Assembly (NCBI GenBank): GCA_963844475.1
Contig: CAWJOL010000005.1
Span: 40,805 to 104,804 of the forward strand
Direction: 5' to 3'
DNA from: an uncultured Solirubrobacterales bacterium
GTDB taxonomy: Bacteria > Actinomycetota > Thermoleophilia > Solirubrobacterales > Solirubrobacteraceae
DNA length: 64,000 bases
Below are positions 1 through 12,993 of this stretch, piece after piece; position 1 is the stretch's first letter; each line of letters opens with the position of its first letter. The notes under the pieces are model-generated. The model did no database searches. It was given only the letters and a program-made list of their open reading frames with translations, and had not been told where the DNA came from. A program made the translations under genes and the position numbers.

Positions 1-237
1 AGCCTCCAGCAGCTTTGAGACCTGGTCCAGGGAGAGACCGAGCAGGTCGCGCAGGCGCACGATTTCGTGGATCCGGTCGACGTCAGCGGTCGTGTAACAG
101 CGGTGCTTGCCCTGCACTCGGCCGGCTGCTCCGGGGAGCAAGCCGATCTCTTCGTAGTAGCGGATCGTCCGGGGCGTCGTGCCGGTCAGTTCGGCCACCT
201 CGCCGATCCGCAGCGACCGCTCGGCGGTCGCGCTCAC
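1..237 (-). CDS. MerR-family transcriptional regulator (3' end runs off the window)
   Basis: Manual translation from GTG at 237 (GTGA overlap with the MFS stop): SLRIGEVAELTGTTPRTIRYYEEIGLL...HRCYTTADVDRI, a MerR HTH. Confidence 0.9.
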   Translation of the reverse strand, partial: MSATAERSLRIGEVAELTGTTPRTIRYYEEIGLLPGAAGRVQGKHRCYTTADVDRIHEIVRLRDLLGLSLDQVSKLLEA

Positions 238-1760
238 GAGGCCACCGCGGCCTGCTCAGCCGGTTTCGCGACGCTGGATTTGGCGTCCTTCGGCCGCGCG
301 GCGGCCACGAACGCTCCCAATCCCGAAACGATGGCCAGGGTCCAGAGGGCAGTGTGCATATTCGAGATGAACGGGTCCAGCTGGCTGTTGGAGATGTGGT
401 TGGCCAGGCCGGAGAACACGCTGAACAGCACGTTCTTCGGAACCGACGACGTCACGACAGCGAGGACGAACGCGATCGAGATGACCGCACCGGTGTTCTG
501 CACGAGCACCCGGGCGCCCGCCGCGATTCCGCGGCGGTGTGCCGCCACGGTGCCCATCATCGCTGCCGTATTGGGCGAGTTGAACATGCCTGACCCGATG
601 CCGACGATGAACATGTAGATGCCCGCTGGCCACGTAGGTGGTCTCCCGGCCCAGCGTGGTCATCAGCGCCAGTCCGACCGCGGTGACGACCATTCCCGCC
701 ACGGCCATCGAGCGCGACCCGCGGCGGTCGGCCCAGATCCCTGCCAGCGGCGAGGACACGAGCATCCCGAGGGCCAGCGGGGCCAGCTTGATCCCGGCCA
801 AAATCGGTGAATCTCCCTGCACGCCCTGGAAGTAGAAGACGAACAGGAACATCAGGGCAAAGCGCGCCAGGCCGTTGATGAAGGCCGCGGCGGCGGCGGC
901 GGAGAACAGCCGGTTCGAGAAGATCGAGAGGTCGAGCATCGGCGCGCGGTGGCGGCGTTCGATCAGCACGAAGGCCGGCAGCAGCACCGCGGCGGCGATC
1001 AGCCCGCCGATCACCACCGGCGACCCCCAGCCGGAAATCCCACCCTTGGAGATGCCGAGCACGAGCCCGGTGAGGCCGATCAGGAACGTGATCGTCCCGG
1101 CGAAGTCAAATCGCCGGTCATCCGAGCGGCCGGAGATCTCGTGGAGGATCTGCCAGGCCCACAGCGATCCGGCGAGGGCGAACGGGACGTTGAACCAGAA
1201 CACCCAATGCCAGGAGATGGCCACCAGCGCCCCGCCGAGCACCGGCCCGATGACCAGGCCGACGGCGGCCACCATCGTGTTGGTGCCCATCGCCACGCCC
1301 AACTGCTCCTTCGGAAACGAGTCGGTGACGATCGCCCCGGCGTTGGCGAACAGGAACGCTCCGCCCACCCCCTGCAGGATCCGCCACAGGATCAGCTGCG
1401 TGCCGTCGGCGGCGAAGCCCGCCCCCAGCGAGGCGAAGGCGAAGATCGAGAAAGCCGCCGATGTAGGCCTGCTTGCGGCCGAACTGATCCGACAGCCGGC
1501 CCGCGCTGAGCACGAGCACGGTCGAGGCGATCATGTACACCAGGATCACCCAGACGAGCCCGAGCAGGCTGGTGTGCAGGCTCCGCTCGAGGTCCGGTAG
1601 CGCGATGATCAGCGTGCCGGAGTTGATCGTCGCCAGCAACATGCCCAGGCTGGTACACGAGAGCGCCCACCACTTGTAGTTGTCGTGGTCCTTGTGGACA
1701 CCGAGTCGGCGACGGGAGATCTGGCGTGCTCGCCGCAGTGCTGCGCGGAGGTGCTTCGGT
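234..1760 (-). CDS. DHA2 (EmrB/QacA) MFS transporter, split by 2 frameshifts; start uncertain
   Basis: ORF pieces 1118-1642, 256-1368 and 234-614 join into a DHA2-type MFS (GRLSDQFGRK motif A, GPVLGG, WHWVFWFNVP). Confidence 0.88.
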
Positions 1761-1796
1761 CGTTACAGCGCGGGCCGTCCTTTCCGGTCAAACTGA

Positions 1797-1816
1797 TTCT
1801 TACGTAAACGTCAGAA
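1797..1816. promoter_or_regulatory. Putative MerR-type operator palindrome
   Basis: TTCTTACGTAAACGTCAGAA (16/20 self-complementary, AT-rich) directly upstream of the MFS-MerR operon. Confidence 0.55.
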
Positions 1817-1839
1817 TAGCAGTCGTCCCGCGGGTTGTC

Positions 1840-2905
1840 TCAGGCTTCGAACGCGGCCACGGTGGCCAGGATCACGAACGTCGCCACCAGAGCGGCGCCT
1901 TCGAACGCCGTGGCCTCACCGTCCCCGGTGACCTGCCAGACGATCACCGCGGTCCCGAACAGGGCACCGATGTAAACCGGCGCGATGGCAAACGTCAGGG
2001 TGGTCGCGGTGAGCAGCGAGACGAGCACCAGGGCCGGGTACAGGAAGGCCGCGATCTGCGCGACCGAGTTCTTCACCACCGAGATCGCCAACTCGTATTG
2101 CCCCTTCGCGGCCAGCACGATACCGGCAACGTTTTCGACCGCGTTGCCGGCGATCGCCACGATTACGAGACCGGCAAAGGCCTGCGAGATGTGCAGCGTG
2201 TGGATCGTCGGCTGGAGTGCGTGTACGAACCAGTCCGAGACGAACGCCGAACCGATACCGGCAACCGCGAGCAGCGCAACGCTGACGCTGATCGGAACCT
2301 GTCCTGCGCCCGGGTCCTCAGCGGGCACGGCACCCGCTCGGAGGTACTGGAGAAGCCACGATCCGTACACGATCAGGATCGCGACCGCTCCGATGATGGA
2401 GATCGTCTTGGTGTGATGGCTGGCCGGGTCGTGCGAGGACACGGCCAGGCCGATGAGCACGATGATGAACGACGAGATCAGCAGCAACGTCGCGGTGTCG
2501 TTGGGCAGACGCGCGCTGAAGCGCATCACGCCGTCGCGCTCTCGCCGCGCACCGACGATGATCACGATCCCGAGCACCAACAGGGCGTTGACGAGAATTG
2601 AGCCCAGGATCGCTGTCTCCGCGACGATCTTCTCGCCCGCGTTCAGAGCGAAGATCACGACAAAGAACTCCGGGAGGTTCCCGAGCGTCGACTGCATGAA
2701 TCCGGTGATCGCAGGTCCAAACCGGCGGCCTACCTGCTCGGTCGAGAAGGAGACGATCCACGCGAGGCCAGCCAGGGCCAGCGCTGCGAGCACGAACGCC
2801 AGCACCTGCGAGACGCCTCCCGCATAGCGGGTTACCCCTGCCAGCGCAGCGACCAGAGCGATCCCCCCGAGGATTGCCAGCTGGATCTTGGTCAGGCCCT
2901 TCAGC
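1840..2905 (-). CDS. Ca2+/H+ antiporter (CaCA/CAX family); start uncertain
   Basis: Alpha repeats STLGNLPE and AIAGNAVEN; frame stays open upstream of the predicted start at 2805. Confidence 0.88.
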
Positions 2906-3272
2906 TCAGCGCCCCGTCATCACGGTGTCGTCGTCTGAGTACGCCGGAGCGCAGCAGCACAGGAGGACAGCGGCGTCTCCCCGTGGTTCCACAGCTTGTG
3001 CGGCGCGCCCGGCGGGATCACCACGCAATCTCCCGCCGTCACGTCGTCTTCCTCGCTCGCCCAGCCTCATCCGCCCACGCGCCGGCCACGAAGTAGTAGA
3101 TCTCCTCGGTGTTCGGGTGCAGGTGCTCGGCCGTCTCGCTGCCCGGCGGCAGCGTTGCCTCGGCCAGGCTCTGGCGCTCCACCGGCGTCCACGCCGGCCC
3201 GGCGAGTTCACGGATCTGAGAGCCGTCAAGCGTCGTGAACGCGCGCAGCTGCTCGAGGTTGGCTTTCTCCAC
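2906..3272 (-). CDS. Cupin-domain protein (frameshifted)
   Basis: TAEHLHPNTEEIYYFVAG and LLCCCAPAYSDDDT in different frames. Confidence 0.8.
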
Positions 3273-3279
3273 CCGGGCA

Positions 3280-4540
3280 CTATCCCACGCGCTCGGCCTC
3301 ATCGCCCTCGTTGTCGAGGTTTTCCTCCACCCGATCGAACTCGCCCGTCTCCATGTCGCTGCGTACGCGCTCGTCGATCTCGTGCTCGGAGGTGTCGGGA
3401 TCAGCGACGCCTCGAGCTCGCGCGCCCTCCAGGTTTTCAACTTCAGGATCTCCAGCACGTAGACGAGATAGACGCTGGCCGCCAGCGCGAGGACAGCCAG
3501 TGCGACGAGGACCAGGACCCATCCCAGGTGATAGTGGTGGGGCGCGGCCGTGGTCGTGATAGGGCAGCGATCCGGAGCGCCACCGCCAGGGCGGCGAGCA
3601 CCAGCGTCCAGCCATACATGTAGGCCACCGTCTTGCGCGGGCTGAAGCCGAGATTGGCCATCCGGTGGTGAAAGTGGGTGGCGTCGGCCGACCATGGCTT
3701 GCGCCGGTACTTCAGCCGCTTGGCGACCACGAAGCCCGTGTCGAGGAACGGCACGGCGAGGATGAACAGGGGGACGACCAGGGCCACCACCACGTTGGTC
3801 TTGAGGCTGCCGATGACCGCCGCGACACCAAGCAGGTAGCCGAGCAGGTTGGCCCCGGAATCGCCCATGAACACCGAGGCCGGATGGAAGTTGTGAAACA
3901 GGAAGCCGAGCGCGGCCCCCGCCGTGAGCGCGGCCAGCACGCCGGCGGCGTTGACCCCGAGATCGAAGGCGATGATCGAGAAGGCGATCCCGTCGATCGT
4001 GCAGATGCCCGCGGCGAGCCCATCAACCCCGTCGCTGAAGTTGACGACGTTCATCAGCCCGACCAGCCAGATCGCGCTCAGCACCCCACCGGTGTTGGGG
4101 AACTGCAGCGCGCCGATGAATGGCAGCGTCACGTCGGTGACCACCGCGCCGCCCTGCACCGCGATCACCGCCGCGGCGATCTGGCCCAGCAGCTTCCACA
4201 GGGGCCGCAGGTCGCGCGCGTCGTCGATCGCGCCGACCAGCGCGATCACGCATGCGCCGGCGATGATCGCCCACGTGTCCACCGCCCCCCCGGAGCCCGG
4301 CCGCCCTCCGACCGTGCGCGCCAACCGGATCTCGTCCGGCATGAAGATCGCCGAGGCCACAACCACCCCGGCCAGGATCGCCAGGCCGCCGAGCAGCGGT
4401 GTCGTCCGGGTGGCCAAACCGCGCTCGCTCGGCATCGCCAGCGCACCCACGCGCCGCGCGAACCTTGCGGCCAGTGGCGTCAGCGTCGTCGCAACAGCCA
4501 TCGCGACGACGAAGGCGAGTACGGCGTCCCAGTACCGCAT
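3280..4540 (-). CDS. WecA/TagO-like (glycosyltransferase family 4) undecaprenyl-phosphate GlcNAc-1-phosphate transferase; C-terminus frameshifted
   Basis: TPLLGG, GAIDD, NFSDGVDGLA, VFMGDSG, HFHHR motifs; usual position after glyA. Confidence 0.9.
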
Positions 4541-4657
4541 GTCGTGGCCGTAGCATGGCAGCCGCGCAGGACCGTACGGTTCCGCTCGGTCGCGGACGCT
4601 CCTCAGGCCAAGCGTTCCATCGCCCTCAGCGCTCCCGGAGCCCTGGCGCGCCCGCCG

Positions 4658-5955
4658 CTAGACGACCGCGCCAGCGCCCAAGCTCGCGTAGAGCGGGTAC
4701 TTCTCGGCCAGGGCCGCCGCTCGCTCACTCAGCTCGACCCGCCGCTGCTCGAACGATCCCGGCTGGAGAGCGCTGGCGATGATCTTGCCGACCTCGACGA
4801 AGTCGTCGACCTCGAAGCCACGCGTGGCCAGCGCCGGCGTACCGATCCGCAGGCCCGAGGAGACAGCCGGCGGCCGTGGGTCGAACGGGACGGCGTTGCG
4901 GTTGACCGTGATTCCGATCGAATGCAGGCGGTCTTCGGCCTGCTGGCCGTCGAGCTCGGATTCGCGCAGGTCGCACAGCACCAGATGAACGTCGGTGCCG
5001 CCGGTCAGGACGTTGACGCCCGCCGCCGGCGCCGAGCAGCTCGGTGGCGACCGCGCGCGCGCCGGCCAGCGTCCGCTCCTGGCGCTCGCGGAACGGCTCT
5101 GAGGCTGCGATCCGCAGCGCCACGGCCTTGCCGGCGATGATGTGCTCGAGCGGGCCGCCCTGCTGTCCGGGGAACACGGCCGAGTTGATCTTCTTGGCGT
5201 ACTCCTCCTTGGCACAGGATCATGCCGCCGCGGCCTCCGCCGATCGTCTTGTGAATCGTGGTCGTGACCACGTCGGCATAGGGCACCGGGCTCGGGTGCA
5301 GCCCGGCCGCTACCAGCCCGGCGAAGTGCGCCATGTCGACCACCAGCAGGGCCCCGACGGCATCGGCGATCTCGCGGAAGCGCGGGAAGTCCAGCTGACG
5401 CGGATAGGCCGACCAGCCGGCGAGGATCATCTTCGGCCGTCGTTCATGGGCGACCCGCTCGACCTCGTCCATGTCGATCAGGCTCGTTTCACGGTTCACC
5501 TGGTAGGGCGCGATGTCGTACAGGCGACCGGACACGTTGAGCTTCATCCCGTGGGTGAGATGGCCGCCGTGGGCAAGCTCGAGTCCCATCAGCGTGTCGC
5601 CCGGCTGCAGCAGCGCGTGGTAGACGGCGGCGTTGGCCTGTGCGCCCGAGTGCGGCTGCACGTTGGCGTGCTCGGCCCCGAACAGCGCCTTGGCCCGGTC
5701 GATGGCCAGCTGCTCGGCGATGTCGACGAATTCGCATCCGCCGTAATAGCGCTTACCCGGATAGCCCTCGGCGTATTTGTTGGTCAGCACCGAGCCCTGG
5801 GCCTCGAGTACGGACACCGGCACGAAGTTCTCCGAGGCGATCATCTCCAGCGTGCGTTGCTGACGCTCCAGCTCGAGCCCGATCACCTCGGCGATCTCAG
5901 GATCCACTTCGGACAGCGGGCGGTTGAAGAAGTCAGGCGGCAGGTCGACGGTCAT
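4658..5955 (-). CDS. glyA: Serine hydroxymethyltransferase (2 frameshifts)
   Basis: [31 protein letters not shown] site, [16 protein letters not shown]. Confidence 0.97.
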
Positions 5956-5986
5956 GGAGCCGACGATACCAGCGCCGGTGGCCGGC

Positions 5987-6604
5987 TCAGGCGGGGAGCT
6001 CAGCCCGGATCACCGCCAGGTCCCCCCGCTCCCAGGTGACGCTGGGATCAAACCCGGCATCGCGCAGCCACCGCAACTGATCGGCGACCGGGCTGGGCTG
6101 GTCAAATCCGGGCGTGAGCGAGATCCGCGCGTGCGCCGGCGCGACCGGCACCACCACGTCCGCGAGCACGAACACCCCGCCCGGCTCCAGCAGCCGCGCC
6201 ACCCGGGCGAACAGATCGGCCTTCTGGGGTCCGTCGAGGTGGTGGATGCAGAGCACGCTGGCGACGAGATCGAAGGGACCGTCGGGGAGCGGCCGCTGGA
6301 TCTCCCCCACCCGAAGATCGGCACGCTCGGGCGGGAGCAACGCGCGCGCATGAGCGAGCATCGGCTCGCTCAGATCGAGCCCGACCAACACCGCCCCGGG
6401 GTGATGCTCCAGCAGCCGGGCGGCCGTCGCGCCGGTGCCCGTGCCCAGCTCCAGGATCCGCCTGGCCCCGGTCCCGGAAGCTCCGACAAGCTCCTCCTGA
6501 AGGCGGTCATAGGCAGGAATATCCGCGTGGATCATCGCGTCATAGGTGGCGGGATCGAAATGAAACTGCGACTCGAGGGCGCTCTCCAGTGCCGACTCGC
6601 TCAC
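5987..6604 (-). CDS. Class I SAM-dependent methyltransferase (possibly the C-terminal domain of TsaC)
   Basis: ILELGTGTG motif I; [13 protein letters not shown]. Confidence 0.85.
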   Translation of the reverse strand: MSESALESALESQFHFDPATYDAMIHADIPAYDRLQEELVGASGTGARRILELGTGTGATAARLLEHHPGAVLVGLDLSEPMLAHARALLPPERADLRVGEIQRPLPDGPFDLVASVLCIHHLDGPQKADLFARVARLLEPGGVFVLADVVVPVAPAHARISLTPGFDQPSPVADQLRWLRDAGFDPSVTWERGDLAVIRAELPA

Positions 6605-7172
6605 CGCCCCCATGCCTGACCACAGACCACTCGCCCTCGTCCTCGAACCGGCGCAGGTCCACCACCGTCGAAGCCACTCCCGCCAGCTCACCCCCGTCCA
6701 GCACCAGATCGGCACCGCTACGCAATACCTCCGGCACATCCGACAGACGCCGCGGATCCGGACCGCCGGCGAGGTTGGCGCTCGACTGCAGCACCGGCCA
6801 GGACACCGCGGCCAGGCGCTCCACCCGCGGCACGCGAAGACCCAGCGTCGTTGGGTCAGAGCCGCAGGCCAACGGAAACCGCTCGGCCGGATTGGGCAGC
6901 AGCACGGTCACCGGCCCCGGCAGCAGACGAGTCAGCGCGCTGCGCGTGCGCTCGCCCAGGTCCGGCAGTGCGGCCAGCGCGAGCGAGAGGTCGAAGAACA
7001 TCACCGCGGACGGCTTGCTCAGGGACCTGCCCTTGAGGCCATACAAGCGCTCCACCGGGAGGCGCTCGCTCACGTCGCAGGCCAACCCGTAGACCGTGTC
7101 TGACGGGAACAGCGCCACCCCGCCCACGGCCAGGCAGCGCTCGAAGGCCAGTGAATCCGAGTCCTGGCTCAC
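6540..7172 (-). CDS. tsaC: L-threonylcarbamoyladenylate synthase (Sua5/YrdC)
   Basis: FPSDTVYGL, LKGR, PGPVT, SSANLAG, STVVDL. Confidence 0.93.
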   Translation of the reverse strand: MSQDSDSLAFERCLAVGGVALFPSDTVYGLACDVSERLPVERLYGLKGRSLSKPSAVMFFDLSLALAALPDLGERTRSALTRLLPGPVTVLLPNPAERFPLACGSDPTTLGLRVPRVERLAAVSWPVLQSSANLAGGPDPRRLSDVPEVLRSGADLVLDGGELAGVASTVVDLRRFEDEGEWSVVRHGGGERVGTGERPRVAVSFRSRHL

Positions 7173-7995
7173 CGCCGCGCGAGCACCACCCGCTCATGCC
7201 CGGCCAGGTCTCGCAGAACCTCCACGGCTCCGTAGCCGGCCTCGGCCAGAAGCGACCCGACCCGCGTGGCCTGGTCAAACCCGACCTCCAACGCCACCAA
7301 CGGGGTGTCTCCCAGCATCCCGATCAGCCGGCGGAGGAGGTCGAGCCCGTCATCGCCGGCGAACAGAGCCAGCGATGGCTCGAACCGGGCGATCTCCGGC
7401 GGTAGCGTGTCCATATCCCCAGCGGCCACGTAGGGCAGATTTGCCAACACGGCATCGCCGGACATCCCCGCCAGCAGATCGCCGGCGACGAATTCCACCG
7501 GCAGGCCGAGACGGGCTGCGTTTCCTCGCGCGAGCGCCAGCGCCTCCTCACTCAGATCCACCCCGACCACGGAGAGGTCGGGCCGCTCATCCGCCAGCGC
7601 CAGGGCGACCGCTCCGCTCCCGGTCCCGACGTCGAGCACCCGCGCACCCGGGGGGGAGCGTCAGACCCACCTCCACCAGCAACTCCGTCTCTGGGCGCGG
7701 GATCAGCACCCGCCGGTCGACCTCGAGCTCCAGATGGCGAAATTCCCGGCGGCCGAGGATGTAGGCCACCGGCTCGCGCTCGGCACGACGCGCCACCAGG
7801 GCGGCGAACGATGCGGCGCCGTCAGGATCAAGCGCCGCGCGGCCCTCCATGACCAGCCACGCACGATCCACCCCCAGCGCGTACGCCAGCAGTAGCTCGG
7901 CGTCGAGCCGGGGCGTGTCGCAGCCGGCACGATCCAAGCGAGCCGCAGCCCGGGCCAACGCCGCCTGCACCGATGATGGAGCCGCTACGGCACTC

Positions 7996-8003
<8 letters not shown>
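7169..8003 (-). CDS. prmC: Release factor glutamine methyltransferase (1 frameshift)
   Basis: [36 protein letters not shown]; follows prfA. Confidence 0.95.
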
Positions 8004-9045
<1,042 letters not shown>

Positions 9046-9103
9046 GGCCACACGAGTGTAGGACCGCCGGGCGGCGGGATAGCACGGATTTCTGCGACGG
9101 CGC

Positions 9104-10129
9104 CTAGGCCACGACTTCGACGCCGAGCATGTCCTCGGCCGATGTCTCACCGGGCGTCTCAACCGCAAGCACGGCCTCAAGCGAGGCGATCGCCACGGCC
9201 AGCTCGTCGAGATCGGGCTCACGGGTGGTCAGCCGCTGCAGCTGCAGCCCGGGGTACATGATGATCTGGACCCAGCGCCGGCTGCGGTTCTTGCCGGCCC
9301 ACTTGATGACCTCGAACGACAGACCGGCGATCAGCGGGACGCCGAGGATCCGGGTCAGGACGAGCAGCCACCACACCGGCAGTCCGACCGGCGCGAAGAC
9401 GAAGATCGCCATGATCATCACGATCAGCAGGAAGCTGGTTCCGCAACGCGGGTGCAGGCGCGAGTACAGCGTCGCGCGCTCCGGCACGAGCTGGTCCTCG
9501 GCTTCGTAGCACGAGATCACCTTGTGCTCGGCTCCGTGGTACTCGAACACTCGCCGCAGGTCAGGCACGCGGGAGAGCAGCACGAGGTACCCGAGGAAGA
9601 TCGACGTCCTGAGCACTCCTTCGACGGCCCAAAACAGCAGCGAGGATCCGAGCTGATGCTTGATCAGGCTGGTCAGGCCGACCGGAACGACGAAGAACAG
9701 GCCAATCGCGAACAGCAGCGCGACGATCACCGTCCCGGCCCAGACGCCACCCGAGATTTCCTGTTCCTCCTCGGGGAGCTGAGCGTTGGCGGAGATCCCG
9801 AGGGCCTTGAGGCCGATACCGAGCGACTCTGCCAGGGCGACGACGCCCCGGATCACGGGCCACCGATAGACGCGGCGCTTTCTGGCCCAAGAGACCAGGG
9901 GAAAGGTTTGCACGTCGATCTCCCCCAGCTGCCCCTCAACCGGAGCGGGCTTGCGCACCGCAACCGCCCAGGTGCGGACGCCTCGCATCATCACGCCCTC
10001 GAGGACCGCCTGCCCACCGACCGGGGCGTCCCGCGTCGCGGTCAGCTTGCCCTCCGGGCGCGGCGCGTCGGAAATCACCGCAGACTCGGAAGACGCGGGC
10101 AGGCTTCCGTTCCTGACCCCCGTCTCCAC
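9104..10129 (-). CDS. DUF1385 membrane protein
   Basis: GGQAVLEGVMMR, FEYHGAEHK, HPRCGTSF; between rpmE and prfA. Confidence 0.92.
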   Translation of the reverse strand: METGVRNGSLPASSESAVISDAPRPEGKLTATRDAPVGGQAVLEGVMMRGVRTWAVAVRKPAPVEGQLGEIDVQTFPLVSWARKRRVYRWPVIRGVVALAESLGIGLKALGISANAQLPEEEQEISGGVWAGTVIVALLFAIGLFFVVPVGLTSLIKHQLGSSLLFWAVEGVLRTSIFLGYLVLLSRVPDLRRVFEYHGAEHKVISCYEAEDQLVPERATLYSRLHPRCGTSFLLIVMIMAIFVFAPVGLPVWWLLVLTRILGVPLIAGLSFEVIKWAGKNRSRRWVQIIMYPGLQLQRLTTREPDLDELAVAIASLEAVLAVETPGETSAEDMLGVEVVA

Positions 10130-10143
10130 GAGCTGAATCTCTG

Positions 10144-10380
10144 CTACGCGCCGGTGCCGGCGCCGGTGCGGGCCGTGCGACGGCCCTTGGCGACCCGCCG
10201 CTGGAAGCGCTCGACCCGGCCGCCGGTGTCCACCAGCTTCTGCCGGCCCGTATAGAACGGATGGCAGGCGGAGCAGATCTCGACGTGGATCTCGGGCTTT
10301 GTGGAGCGGGTCGTGAACTCGTTGCCGCACGTGCAGCGCACGTGGGCGTCGAGGTAATCGGGATGGATTTCAGTCTTCAT
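10144..10380 (-). CDS. rpmE: 50S ribosomal protein L31 (Zn-binding form)
   Basis: MKTEIHPDY...CTCG...[10 protein letters not shown]...GGRVERF. Confidence 0.97.
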   Translation of the reverse strand: MKTEIHPDYLDAHVRCTCGNEFTTRSTKPEIHVEICSACHPFYTGRQKLVDTGGRVERFQRRVAKGRRTARTGAGTGA

Positions 10381-10411
10381 GGTGTCTCTGAGTCTAGCGG
10401 GCGCGACGCGC

Positions 10412-11197
10412 TCACCGGAGGGCTTTGGCCGTGGACGCCGAGCACACCACGGACTTGGAGTTGTTGGTGCGGTTGGCATCGTCGATGCTCTGGTTCGGAT
10501 CGACGGTGACTGCCGGCGTGACGGTCGGACTGCACGCCGGTCCGCGGAAGTGCACCCGCAGGTTGGAGCGGGCCGCCAGCCCCTTGACGGAGCGTGTCGT
10601 GCCTCCCGGCGCGAACAGGACCGTGAACGGACCGGCCGCGGTCGCGCCGAGGTTGCGGATCGTCGCGGTGTATGTGCCCAGGCTGGGCTGCGTGGGGTTG
10701 GCGGCGAAGCTGATCGACTGCACGGCCAGGTCGGGCCGCAGCTCCGGCTGAGAGCACGGCATCGTGTCTCTCTGGGCGATGGCCAGCACACGGTTGTGAG
10801 CACCGGTCCAGCGGAACAGCACCCGGAAGCGATAGCTGGCCGGAGCGGTCAGATTGGCCACCGGCTTGTTGAGGATCCAGACGTCCCCGGCTCGCCGGCC
10901 CAGCGTCGGATCGCTCGGCGACTTCCAGGTGTTCAGATCGCCACCGGTGACCCTGCTGAGCGCGCTGGAGCCCCTCACCCGGGAGACCAGTTCGAAGCGC
11001 AGAGCCATCTTCACGGTGCCCGGGATCGGTCGCATCACCGCCGTGACCGAGACCGCGCGCCCAGCCGGATCCATCGCTCGCTGACAGATGAAATGGCGCA
11101 GCCGTGCCCGTGAGCGCTGGACGGTGGCGGCAATGGCCCCCCCGGTACCCAGCAAGGCCACGGCAAGACTGAGGATCAAGGCCCGCTTCATACGCAT
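10412..11197 (-). CDS. Secreted protein with C-terminal CARDB-like domain
   Basis: Signal peptide; PDLAV...ATIRNLG...[15 protein letters not shown]. Confidence 0.75.
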   Translation of the reverse strand: MRMKRALILSLAVALLGTGGAIAATVQRSRARLRHFICQRAMDPAGRAVSVTAVMRPIPGTVKMALRFELVSRVRGSSALSRVTGGDLNTWKSPSDPTLGRRAGDVWILNKPVANLTAPASYRFRVLFRWTGAHNRVLAIAQRDTMPCSQPELRPDLAVQSISFAANPTQPSLGTYTATIRNLGATAAGPFTVLFAPGGTTRSVKGLAARSNLRVHFRGPACSPTVTPAVTVDPNQSIDDANRTNNSKSVVCSASTAKALR

Positions 11198-11246
11198 ATA
11201 AACAAGTCACCCGCCCCAAAGTTGCCCGGTCGCGGCCCGGACGAAC

Positions 11247-12989
11247 TCAGGTCAGCGTGTAGAGCGGGCCGTCTCCGCCCTCGGGCGTCGTCAGGCGACC
11301 GCCCTTGGCCGTGATTGCACCGCACTGAACGCAGTTGGTGTAGTTGACCACGACGTCGACCGGACCACTCTCCGGGGCGTCGTCCGGGATTTCGTATACC
11401 CCGGCCGGACACATCCACCGCCACGTCTCGGCGATTTCACGCGGCACCTGCTTGCGCACGCGGATGTGGTTCGGCGCGTCGTCCCGGGTTGCGTTGCCCG
11501 AGATGTAGACGGACGAGAGCTTGTCGAAGGTGTACTTCCCGTCGGGCTTCGGATAGCCCTTGCGGGTGTCGCCGACGAACATCGGCTCCTCGTCGTCTCG
11601 ATGCCACGCCTGCCGGCCTGGCGGGACCTTTCCCTTGGACATGATCGCCGGACCGGCGAGGAGACTGCCCTTGATGAACCCCTTCTGGAACGCCTGGCGG
11701 GCGTTGCGTACCTGGTACAGCTCCTTGCCGATCGAGGACTGCTCGACCGCTTCCTCGTAGGAGGACAGCGGCTTCTCGCCCTTCAGCGAGGCGTAGATGG
11801 CCTCCGCGGCGAGGATGCCCGACCTGATGCAGTGGTGAACGCCCTTCAGCGCAGCCGTGTCGACCATGCCCCCGCCATCGCCGACCAGCAAGGCGCCGGG
11901 CATCGACAGCTTCGGCATCGACCAGTAGCCGCCGCCCGGCAGGGCCTTCGCCCCCCAGGCGATCCGCTCCCCGCCCTCGAGGATGCCCCGCACCAGCGGG
12001 TGCGTCTTGAACTCCTGGAGGAGGTCGTGGGCCGACGTGGTCGCATCGCGGTAGTTGAGATCGACGACAAATCCGATCGAGACCAGATCGTCACCGGTCT
12101 TCTCATCCTTCATCGGATAGAGCCACGTCCCCCCGAGCTGCCCGTACTTGCGCGAAACCTTCATCGGCCACGGCTGGCTGAAGGTGTGGATGACCCGGTC
12201 CAGCGGCTTCGGAACCTTCCACAGCTCCTTGACGCCGAGCTCCCACACCTGCGGCTCGCGACCGTCACCCAGGTCGAACTCCTTGATCGCGGCGCCCGTC
12301 AGGTGACCCCAACAGCCCTCGCCCAGCACGGTCACCTCGGCCTTGATGTCGGTGCCAGGCTCGAAGTTTCCGAGCGGTTCGCCGTCCTTGCCCCGGCCCT
12401 TGTCGCCGGAGCGCACGCCAACGACGCGCCCGTCCTCGACGATCAGCTGCGTGGCAGCCGTCTCGGTGAGGATGTAGGCACCGCCCTCTTCGGCCTTGCG
12501 CTGCTGGAAGCGCGCGAGGGCGGATACCGAAACGACCTCGTTGCCGTGGTTCTTGAAGTTCGGCACGAACGGGATCGGAACCCGGAGCTTGCTCTTGGGG
12601 CCGGTGAGAAGGTAGACCGACTCCTTGGTCACCTCGCCGAAGGCGAAGCGCTCCTTGCGCCAGTCCTCCCGCGACGTCTCAGGGAACAGCTCCTGCAGCG
12701 GACCAGGGCGCATCACCGCCCCGGAGAGGTTGTGTCCGCCGCAGGTCTTCGCCTTCTCGATCACCGCGACCGGAACCTCCCCCAGCCGCTCCATCATCGC
12801 GGGGTCATCGCCGAGCAACTGGAGCAGCCGGTTGGCCGTGGCCAGACCGGCGGTGCCGCCGCCGACGATCGCCACGCCTACGTCGATCCGCTCGTCCTCA
12901 CCATCGAGGTCGCGCTTGATGAACTCCTTGACGGAGTCGACGGGCGGCGGGAACTCGCTCGGTGCGTGTGCTCCGTTGCTCGATGACAT
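11247..12989 (-). CDS. Electron-transfer flavoprotein:quinone oxidoreductase
   Basis: [21 protein letters not shown]; C-terminal Fe-S motif MCPAGVYE...NCVQCG...PEGGDGP. Confidence 0.95.
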   Translation of the reverse strand: MSSSNGAHAPSEFPPPVDSVKEFIKRDLDGEDERIDVGVAIVGGGTAGLATANRLLQLLGDDPAMMERLGEVPVAVIEKAKTCGGHNLSGAVMRPGPLQELFPETSREDWRKERFAFGEVTKESVYLLTGPKSKLRVPIPFVPNFKNHGNEVVSVSALARFQQRKAEEGGAYILTETAATQLIVEDGRVVGVRSGDKGRGKDGEPLGNFEPGTDIKAEVTVLGEGCWGHLTGAAIKEFDLGDGREPQVWELGVKELWKVPKPLDRVIHTFSQPWPMKVSRKYGQLGGTWLYPMKDEKTGDDLVSIGFVVDLNYRDATTSAHDLLQEFKTHPLVRGILEGGERIAWGAKALPGGGYWSMPKLSMPGALLVGDGGGMVDTAALKGVHHCIRSGILAAEAIYASLKGEKPLSSYEEAVEQSSIGKELYQVRNARQAFQKGFIKGSLLAGPAIMSKGKVPPGRQAWHRDDEEPMFVGDTRKGYPKPDGKYTFDKLSSVYISGNATRDDAPNHIRVRKQVPREIAETWRWMCPAGVYEIPDDAPESGPVDVVVNYTNCVQCGAITAKGGRLTTPEGGDGPLYTLT

Positions 12990-12993
12990 GGCT

